From: an uncultured Planctomycetales bacterium
Lineage (GTDB): Bacteria; Planctomycetota; UBA1135
Direction: 5' to 3'
Assembly: GCA_964344765.1 (NCBI GenBank)
Contig: CAYFOM010000011.1
Location: forward strand, 42,951-106,950
DNA: 64,000 nucleotides
A model generated the notes under the pieces. The model had not been told where the DNA came from, did not search any database, and worked only from the letters and a program-made list of their open reading frames with translations. Positions 53,431-60,488 of the stretch are shown piece after piece. The position numbers were made by a program, and so were the translations under genes. Positions within the stretch are counted from its first letter, which is position 1. Every line of letters starts with the position of its first letter.

Positions 53431-53467
53431 GGACCTTCCCCCCTCGGGAAGGTCCTTTTCTTTTTTG
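53431..53467 (+). terminator. Rho-independent terminator of the secretin cluster
   Basis: 10-bp stem GGACCTTCCC / GGGAAGGTCC, 5-nt loop, then TTTTCTTTTTTT. It lies 23 nt after the secretin 2 stop. Confidence 0.8.
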
Positions 53468-53867
53468 GGTACTTGTGTCGTGTCGAGCCGTTGCCCCGGC
53501 GGCTTAACCGAGGCCGGCTGCGCCGGTCCTCATGCGCCGGCGGGTCAACGGCCCGACACGACACATGCACACCAAACGTGCCAACGTGCAATACAGGACG
53601 ATGCCGAACGGAGGAAGCGGATTTCTTCCATGGATTGTTTAATGCCTGATGAGGTCAGGCGAATTGACTTGTTTGCCAAAAACGGGGCAGTTAAATCATT
53701 GCAATAAAGAGACCAATCGGCGGATCGATGGTTTGAACCATTTGTTTTTGTGGGCTTTAGGGAACTTCCCTCCGCGGCGCTTGAGGACCGGCGAAGTCGG
53801 CCCAGCGGAGCGTGAAGCCCTGGGGGCCAATCTCAACCACCACGACACAAGAACCCAAACACCAACC

Positions 53868-54596
53868 CTAAAGCACCCCGTATACGTCTTTGAGCAACGG
53901 ACGGAGTTCTGTTACCGACTCGATGGAGTGATCAGGCGGAATACTCGGCTCTAGGTGAGCGTATTTGCCGGAACCGCGACTCCAGGTAGCGATCATCCCT
54001 GCTTGTTTAGCAGTTTGAATGTCGCTGAGGGGGTGGTCCCCCACGTGCATGGCCTGGTTGGGTTTGACGCCGGCGGCGCGGCAGGCCAGGCGGTAAAGTT
54101 TGGGGTTGGACTTGGCGATGCCGACTTGATCGGTAATGAAGATCAAGTTGGGGTCAACGAAGTCATCCATGCGCAGGCGCAGAATTTTCTCCATCTGCTT
54201 GTGCAGCAGACCGGCGGAAATCACGCCCAACCGCAACCCGGCGTCGGCCATATCGCGCAGCAGTTGAACCGCATCCTTCTCAATGCGCAGATGCTTCCAC
54301 TTGGTTTCGTGATAGGCAATAAACCCGGCGGTAACCAACAGCGCCTCATTGACGTTTCGCGTCAGCTTCTTCGGCAAACGATGCAGCAGTCGGTTGTAAT
54401 GGCGATCGTCGTTGGATCCGAATTCTTGAACCACCGCCGCGAGCTCCTCCAGCGCTCGATCCAACGAAATATCGAGGCCGCGGTCAATCATCGCTTGCAT
54501 CGCTTTTTCGCGGGCAAGCTTGACGAAAGCCGTGGTGGTGAACATCGTGTCGTCGATGTCCAAGAAAACAGCGCGCAGGTCTTTGGAGGGGCTCAC
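53868..54596 (-). CDS. HAD superfamily hydrolase (subfamily IA-like)
   Basis: VFLDIDDTMF motif I, ISAG motif II, and HVGDHPLSDI motif IV. 4-nt overlap with the upstream ABC ATPase gene. Confidence 0.8.
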   Translation of the reverse strand: MSPSKDLRAVFLDIDDTMFTTTAFVKLAREKAMQAMIDRGLDISLDRALEELAAVVQEFGSNDDRHYNRLLHRLPKKLTRNVNEALLVTAGFIAYHETKWKHLRIEKDAVQLLRDMADAGLRLGVISAGLLHKQMEKILRLRMDDFVDPNLIFITDQVGIAKSNPKLYRLACRAAGVKPNQAMHVGDHPLSDIQTAKQAGMIATWSRGSGKYAHLEPSIPPDHSIESVTELRPLLKDVYGVL

Positions 54597-56281
54597 TGTG
54601 AGATGTGTTTGGCTAGGTTAGGAGCTGCAGCGAGCAAGCGCTGCGTATAAGTGTGTTGTGGGCGATCAAAGACGTCGGCAACGGTGCCGGTCTCGACGAT
54701 TTGACCATTCTGCATGACAGCAACCTGATCGGCAATCTGCTCGACCACGGCGAGGTCGTGGGTAATGAACAAGTATGCCATGCCGAGTTGCTGCTGCAAT
54801 TGGTTCAGCAACTCAAGAATGGCCGCCTGGACTCCAAGGTCCAGGGCCGACACCGCTTCATCGCAAATCACCAACGACGGCTCCAGCGCCAGTGCTCGGG
54901 CAATCGCAACGCGCTGTCGTTGGCCACCGCTTAATTGCGCGGGCTTGCGCTCGGCAAAATCGGCCGGCAGCTGAACCGCCTGCAACAATTCGGCGACGCG
55001 TTCCTGCATTTCCGACCGCCCCATCGAGCGATGCACTTGCAAGGGTTCGGCAATAATTTGGCTGACTCGCCACAGTGGATTCAGCGAGGCGTATGGGTCC
55101 TGGAAGACCAACGAAAGCTCCTGACGAACCTCGCGTAATGCAGAGCCTTGCACTTGCAGCAAATCCACGCAGGAACCGTCGCGGCGGCGGAATTGCCCGT
55201 TGCCTTTGTCCGCCGGAACCAACTGCAACAGAGCGCGTGCCAGACTGGTCTTCCCAGACCCGGATTCACCCACCACAGCCACCGTGCGACCTGAGGGGAT
55301 ATCCAAATCCACCCCATTCACCGCGGTATTCCACGCCGTCGGTCGGCCCAGCAAGCTACGCGAAGCTGGATAGCGCACGGTTAGACCACGGACCTGCAGC
55401 AATAATTGGCCGTCGGAGCTCGGCCCCGACGCAAGTGAGCCGTCTCCGGCGCCGTCTTGCGCTTCAACCGTCGCCCCACTGGCAACGCGCCGCCGTGGCA
55501 AGGAGTCCAGCAGGAAGCGTGTATGCGCGTGCTGCGGTGTGCTCAGCACCTGACGAACCTCGCCCTCTTCCACCAGGTCACCGCGATAGAGCACGGCAAC
55601 TCGGTCACAACACTGCGCGACCACGCCCAAATCGTGGCTAATCCACAACATGCTCAACTGCCGCTGCGCGCGAATTTGAGCGACCAGCTTGAGGATTTCA
55701 GCCTGAACAGTGACATCGAGCGCGGTGGTGGGTTCATCGGCAACCAGCAAATCCGGTTCACCGGCAAGGGCCATCGCAATCATGATGCGTTGGCGCTGGC
55801 CGCCGGAAAGCTCGTGTGGATAGCGACGCTGAATTTGCTCCGGCTCGGGCAATTGCACCTCGGTGAGCAAGCGCAAGACCTCTTGTTGGCGTTGGGCTTT
55901 ACCCATCGGCCGATGCAAGCGCAGCACCTCGTCGATTTGGAATCCAACACGCAGCACCGGATTCAGTGCCGTTGCCGGATCTTGGAATACCAAGGCAATG
56001 CGACCCCCACGAAAACTGCGTAGCTGCGTTTCGGCCAATGCTTGCAGCTCGGTGCCGTCGAACAGCACGGTGCCTGAGGTTCGATCCACGGTTTCAGGCA
56101 ACAGTCCCAGCAGCGAAAGCGCGGTTAGCGATTTACCACTGCCGGATTCGCCCAGCAGACCGACGCTTTGGCCACGTTGCACCGCGAGGTTTAAACCCCG
56201 CACCAATTCCAAACTGCCGCCGTCGGCCGTGGTGGCGGCAAGAGTGAGGTCGCGAATTTCCAGTAAGGGCTGATCGGCCAC
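54593..56281 (-). CDS. Peptide-type ABC transporter ATP-binding protein with two fused ATPase domains (DppD/DppF-like)
   Basis: Two Walker A motifs (GESGSGKS, twice), two LSGGQRQR signatures, and two Walker B motifs (LLVADEPT; LVICDEAV). GTG start. Confidence 0.9.
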   Translation of the reverse strand: MADQPLLEIRDLTLAATTADGGSLELVRGLNLAVQRGQSVGLLGESGSGKSLTALSLLGLLPETVDRTSGTVLFDGTELQALAETQLRSFRGGRIALVFQDPATALNPVLRVGFQIDEVLRLHRPMGKAQRQQEVLRLLTEVQLPEPEQIQRRYPHELSGGQRQRIMIAMALAGEPDLLVADEPTTALDVTVQAEILKLVAQIRAQRQLSMLWISHDLGVVAQCCDRVAVLYRGDLVEEGEVRQVLSTPQHAHTRFLLDSLPRRRVASGATVEAQDGAGDGSLASGPSSDGQLLLQVRGLTVRYPASRSLLGRPTAWNTAVNGVDLDIPSGRTVAVVGESGSGKTSLARALLQLVPADKGNGQFRRRDGSCVDLLQVQGSALREVRQELSLVFQDPYASLNPLWRVSQIIAEPLQVHRSMGRSEMQERVAELLQAVQLPADFAERKPAQLSGGQRQRVAIARALALEPSLVICDEAVSALDLGVQAAILELLNQLQQQLGMAYLFITHDLAVVEQIADQVAVMQNGQIVETGTVADVFDRPQHTYTQRLLAAAPNLAKHISQ

Positions 56282-56287
56282 AACAAG

Positions 56288-56293
56288 ATTCTA
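56288..56293 (-). promoter_or_regulatory. Candidate -10 box TAGAAT 6 nt upstream of the GTG start at 56281
   Basis: The minus strand reads ACAC TAGAAT CTTGTT GTG. The divergent SBP gene starts only 12-39 nt away. Confidence 0.4.
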
Positions 56294-57778
56294 GTGTCTT
56301 GGATCGCTATCCTTCTGTTTGTGATCCGAGTTCTCCTCCTGGTGGCTACTCTGCTGCTCGCCGCCTGTGATCCGCCGCAAGCCGCCCTGCGCGTTGCGAA
56401 CGGCGATGACGTCGGCGTGCTGCATCCGCAGTTGGCGACCACGTCGGCCGAGGGGCGGGTGATGACGGCCTTGCATGCAGGATTGACGCGATTGGATCCG
56501 CATACCCTCGAAGTGCAACCGAACCTTGCTGAATCCGTGCATAGCGAGGACAACGGTCGAGTTTGGCGCTTTCACATTCGCCGCGACTTGCGCTGGTCCG
56601 ACGGCCAAGCGCTGCTACCGACCGACTTTTTGCGCAGTTGGCGGCAGCTTCAAGACCCCAACTTCGGCGCGCCCTACGCCGAATGGCTGAATGGCGCAGA
56701 GCTGCAGCTGGAAGACCACCAATTCACCGTTCGTTTTCCACAGCCGCGACCTGAATTTGGCGAAATGTGCGCCTACCAAGCGCTGGCGCCGGTTCCTGCC
56801 CATGCACCAGCCGACCAAGTCAGCAGCGGCCCGTTCCGTTTGCGCGAACGGCGCATTCGCGACCGCATCGTCGTCGAAAAGAACCCGTATTTCTGGAACG
56901 CCGACGCCGTCCATCTGCCGGCAATCCACTTTTTGACCATTGAATCTCAATTCACCGCGCTGAATTTATTCCTGACCGGCGACGTGCACTATGCGCCGGC
57001 AGTACCAGCTTTGGCGATCCCGAAACTGCTCGAACACCATCCGCGGGAATTCCAACCCACGCCGCAATTCGCCAGTTACTTCCTGCGCTTCAACACCACT
57101 GCGCCGCCCTTTAACGACGTCGGCCAGCGGCGGCGCTTCTTCGCCGCGCTAAAGCCGGCAGCCATCGCGGAAGGCGTCGGCGGTGGAAGACAGCCTGCAC
57201 GTGGATTGGTACCGCCTGGAATTCCAGATTGGCAGCAACCGAATGCACCGGCGTGGGATTTGCCCGCATCGCCTTTGGATGGCGGAGAGGCTTTGCCCGC
57301 CATCGAATATTTATACAACTCATCCGAGCTCAACCGCGACGTCGCCGAGGTCTTGCAACAGCAATGGCGCAACGCCACCGGGGTCACCGTTCGTTTGGCA
57401 AATCAAGAATGGAAGACCTTCCTCGCCAATCAAAAAGGATTGGAGTATCAAATCTCTCGCAGTTCTTGGGTCGGTGACTACCTCGATCCAATGACCTTTC
57501 TGGAAATCTTTCATTCGAAGAGCGGCAACAATCGAACTGGTTGGAAAAACTCGACCTACGATCAACTTCTAACCCAAGCCAGAAAAGCCACCGACAAACA
57601 TCAACGCTTCCAACTGCTTCAACAAGCCGAGCAGTTGTTGATCGACGAAGCCGTCATCGTGCCGCTGTTTTACGAAAATAGTTTTGAACTGGTTGCAACC
57701 AAGGTAGAAGGATTCGGGCGTAACTTGCGCGGATATATCGATTGGAGCCGATTGTCTTTAAGCGGAGGCGAAAAATGA
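56294..57778 (+). CDS. ABC transporter substrate-binding lipoprotein, family 5 (OppA/DppA-like)
   Basis: Signal peptide ending LLLAAC. SBP_bac_5-like core (WSDGQALLPTDF; YLRFNTTAPPFND; GWVGDYLDPMTFLE). The alternative GTG start at 56321 gives a cleaner signal peptide, MIRVLLLVATLLLAAC. Confidence 0.85.
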   Translation: MSWIAILLFVIRVLLLVATLLLAACDPPQAALRVANGDDVGVLHPQLATTSAEGRVMTALHAGLTRLDPHTLEVQPNLAESVHSEDNGRVWRFHIRRDLRWSDGQALLPTDFLRSWRQLQDPNFGAPYAEWLNGAELQLEDHQFTVRFPQPRPEFGEMCAYQALAPVPAHAPADQVSSGPFRLRERRIRDRIVVEKNPYFWNADAVHLPAIHFLTIESQFTALNLFLTGDVHYAPAVPALAIPKLLEHHPREFQPTPQFASYFLRFNTTAPPFNDVGQRRRFFAALKPAAIAEGVGGGRQPARGLVPPGIPDWQQPNAPAWDLPASPLDGGEALPAIEYLYNSSELNRDVAEVLQQQWRNATGVTVRLANQEWKTFLANQKGLEYQISRSSWVGDYLDPMTFLEIFHSKSGNNRTGWKNSTYDQLLTQARKATDKHQRFQLLQQAEQLLIDEAVIVPLFYENSFELVATKVEGFGRNLRGYIDWSRLSLSGGEK

Positions 57779-58692
57779 GCGCGCTGGTTCGTCGTCTATT
57801 CGCCTTGCTCCTGACCTTGATAGCCGTTCACGCCGCAGCATTCGCATTGGTACGCGCGGCGCGCGGCGGACCGTTTGACAGCGAGCGTGAATTCCCGCCG
57901 GCAGTCGAAGCCGCGTTGCGCGCCGAATATCACCTTGACGAACCCATCCTGGTGCAATACGGCCGCTCCTTCCTCGGCATGTTGCAATTCGATTTCGGTC
58001 CGTCGATGCGTTACCGCGATATCAGCGTGAACCGAATCTTGGCGGAAGCCTTCCCCGTTTCCGTCGGCTTAGGATTAGGCGCATTACTGCTCGCAGTCTC
58101 GATTGGCGTGCCATTGGGCTTACTCGCAGCATGGCATCGTAGACGCACAGTCGATCGCGCCGTATTGGTGACGTCGACGTTGTTTTTATCCATCCCCAAC
58201 TTCGTGCTCGCCGGTTTGGTCATCTCGATGTTCTCCTTTGCGCTGCCGCTGTTCCCGGCCGCCGGCAGTGGCACCATTAAGCATTATGTGCTGCCATGCC
58301 TATGCTTGGGCTTACCCTTCGCCGCCCAACTTGCCCGATTGGCTCGCAGTTCGGCCAGTGAAGTGTTGCGCAGCGATTCGGTACGCACCGCCCACGCCAA
58401 AGGGCTATCGCCGACGCAAATCCGCCGACGCCACGTGCTTTTACCGGCGTTGCCGCCACTGCTCGCCTTTCTCGGCCCAACCACTGCAGCGCTTTTGACC
58501 GGCTCGCTGGTGGTAGAACAAGTCTTCGCGCTGCCCGGTCTCGGCACCCACTTTGTACAAGCGGCGCTCAACCGCGATTACACCCTGGCGCTGGGCATTA
58601 CCGTGTCCTACACCGCGTTACTCGGCATCATGACGCTGCTCGCCGACTGGCTGATGTCGCTAGTCGATCCCCGCATCAGGAGCTTTTCATGA
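57775..58692 (+). CDS. ABC transporter permease (DppB/OppB-like)
   Basis: The start was chosen at MSALVRR (ATGA overlap with the SBP stop). An EAA-type loop (SASEVLRSDSVRTAHAKGLS) is present. Confidence 0.85.
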   Translation: MSALVRRLFALLLTLIAVHAAAFALVRAARGGPFDSEREFPPAVEAALRAEYHLDEPILVQYGRSFLGMLQFDFGPSMRYRDISVNRILAEAFPVSVGLGLGALLLAVSIGVPLGLLAAWHRRRTVDRAVLVTSTLFLSIPNFVLAGLVISMFSFALPLFPAAGSGTIKHYVLPCLCLGLPFAAQLARLARSSASEVLRSDSVRTAHAKGLSPTQIRRRHVLLPALPPLLAFLGPTTAALLTGSLVVEQVFALPGLGTHFVQAALNRDYTLALGITVSYTALLGIMTLLADWLMSLVDPRIRSFS

Positions 58693-59534
58693 CCCGGGCC
58701 GACGTCCCCCGCTGGGCGGTCATCGGACTGCTGGTCATCGCGCTCGCCGCACTGCTGGTGCCGTGGCTACCTGTTGCCTCGCCCGAGGAAATGGCATTGG
58801 ATCAGCGTTTGCAAGCGCCTTCTTGGGTGCAAGCGCCGCTGCTCGGCACCGATGCCAAGGGTCGCGATTTATTCGCCCGCACGCTTTGGGGTGCGCGCCT
58901 GTCGTTGTTTGTGGGTTTACTCGGCAGTTTGGTCGCTTTGGCCATCGGCATTCCTTACGGCGCAATCGCCGGCATGCTCGGCGGTCGAGCCGATCGTTTG
59001 ATGATGCGCATTGCCGACTTCTTAGAAGGCATTCCACTCGCCGTCGTCGTGCTTTTTCTGTTGTCGGTGCTGCAGGAATATCGCCTGGAACTTGCTGAAT
59101 TCGGCATTGGCCGTATTCATATCTTCTTCATCGCCATCGGCTGTTTGTTTTGGCTGCCGACGGCACGCATTGCCCGCGCCGAAGCTTTGCGCATACGAGC
59201 AACCGCATTCGTCGAGGCGGCGCATTTGGCCGGCGCCAGCCGTTGGTGGATTCTGCGTAATCACTTCCTCCCCAATCTGATGCCGGCGGCACTGGTCATG
59301 TTGGGCCTGACCCTACCGCGCGTGATTCTGATGGAAGCCTTCCTGAGCTTCCTCGGTTTAGGCGTAGAAGCCCCGGCAATCAGTTGGGGCTTGCTGGCCA
59401 GCGACGGTCTCGCCGCATTGAATCCACTGGTCGATTGCCAATGGTTACTGCTGGTTCCGGCTACAGCGTTGACCTTAACGCTGCTTTGCCTCAACCAAAT
59501 TGCCGACGCCTTGCAAGAACGCTACCGCGTCTAA
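58689..59534 (+). CDS. ABC transporter permease (DppC/OppC-like)
   Basis: Six-TM permease with the loop ARIARAEALRIRATAFVEAAHLAGAS. ATGA overlap with the preceding permease. Confidence 0.85.
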   Translation: MTRADVPRWAVIGLLVIALAALLVPWLPVASPEEMALDQRLQAPSWVQAPLLGTDAKGRDLFARTLWGARLSLFVGLLGSLVALAIGIPYGAIAGMLGGRADRLMMRIADFLEGIPLAVVVLFLLSVLQEYRLELAEFGIGRIHIFFIAIGCLFWLPTARIARAEALRIRATAFVEAAHLAGASRWWILRNHFLPNLMPAALVMLGLTLPRVILMEAFLSFLGLGVEAPAISWGLLASDGLAALNPLVDCQWLLLVPATALTLTLLCLNQIADALQERYRV

Positions 59535-59575
59535 GCTGAGTACCTCAGCATCCGCGTCGAAGCGCCACGCCGCAG

Positions 59576-59950
59576 TTATGGAATCTCGGCGATGACGTCG
59601 ATTTCGATCTGCGCGCCCTTAGGCAACGCCGCAACTTGCACGCAGGCACGCGCCGGCTTGTGGTCGCCGAAGAACTCCGCATAAAGTTCGTTGACGTCGG
59701 CAAAGACACCGAGGTCGATCAAGTACACGGTGGCACGGACCACATTTTGTGGCGTGCATCCTGCCGCAGCCAGCACCGCACGCAGGTTGGCGAAGACTTG
59801 ACGCGCTTCGGCAAGCACGTCACCGTCAACCATTTCGCCATTGCTCTGCAGCGCGATTTGGCCGCTGGTGTAAAGCATGCCTTTGGCAATGTAGGCCTGG
59901 CTGTAGGGGCCGATGGCGGCCGGGGCATCGTCGGTATGCACGACGGTCAT
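59576..59950 (-). CDS. ridA: RidA/YjgF family reactive-intermediate deaminase
   Basis: APAAIGPYSQA and ARACVQVAALPKGAQIEI motifs. 124 aa. Confidence 0.85.
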   Translation of the reverse strand: MTVVHTDDAPAAIGPYSQAYIAKGMLYTSGQIALQSNGEMVDGDVLAEARQVFANLRAVLAAAGCTPQNVVRATVYLIDLGVFADVNELYAEFFGDHKPARACVQVAALPKGAQIEIDVIAEIP

Positions 59951-60441
59951 TTGTTTTCCGGTTGGAGTTTTTGGATCAACGCGTGGTGCACCGCTTCCGG
60001 CAGGAAACGACGCAGTTCGCCGCCGGCTGCATAAACTTCCTTAATCAGGCGGCTGGAAAGGTACGAGTATTGCTCGCTCGGCATGACAAACGAGGTTTCG
60101 ATATTGGGCTCCAAAGCGCGGTTGGTCATCGCCATTTGATATTCATATTCAAAATCGGCAATGGTGCGCACGCCGCGCAGGATGACCGGGATTTTGAGAT
60201 CGCGAGCGTGCTCAACCACCAAGCCGCGGAAGTAATCCACCTTGACCGGCAGGTCGCCGATTTCATTGCGGATGAATTCGATGCGCTCCTCAATGGTGAA
60301 TAGCGGGGTTTTGGTGTTGTTATTGGCCACCGCAACCAAAAGTGGGCCGAATAGCGCCACGCCACGAGTGATCAGATCGATATGGCCCAGCGTCGGCGGG
60401 TCGAATGATCCAGGGTAAAGGGCGTTGAGCTGATCAGCCAT
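59947..60441 (-). CDS. coaD: Phosphopantetheine adenylyltransferase
   Basis: ALYPGSFDPPTLGHIDLI (T/HxGH nucleotidyltransferase motif) and SSRLIKEV. 164 aa. Confidence 0.9.
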   Translation of the reverse strand: MADQLNALYPGSFDPPTLGHIDLITRGVALFGPLLVAVANNNTKTPLFTIEERIEFIRNEIGDLPVKVDYFRGLVVEHARDLKIPVILRGVRTIADFEYEYQMAMTNRALEPNIETSFVMPSEQYSYLSSRLIKEVYAAGGELRRFLPEAVHHALIQKLQPENK

Positions 60442-60447
60442 AGCCAG

Positions 60448-60453
60448 ATTCTA
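60448..60453 (-). promoter_or_regulatory. Candidate -10 box TAGAAT 6 nt upstream of the coaD ATG
   Basis: The minus strand reads ACAC TAGAAT CTGGCT ATG. Confidence 0.4.
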
Positions 60454-60488
60454 GTGTTACCTTTGGCCGAGAAAACCGTCTCCTTGAT

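Noticed and set aside
53644-53670. CUGAUGAG string inside a hairpin (GCCTGATGAGGTCAGGCGAATTGAC), reminiscent of the hammerhead ribozyme core
   Set aside because: The following sequence gives GAAU instead of the required GAAA after helix II. No consistent three-helix junction or cleavage-site context can be drawn. It is most simply a 6-bp hairpin, GCCUGA/UCAGGC.
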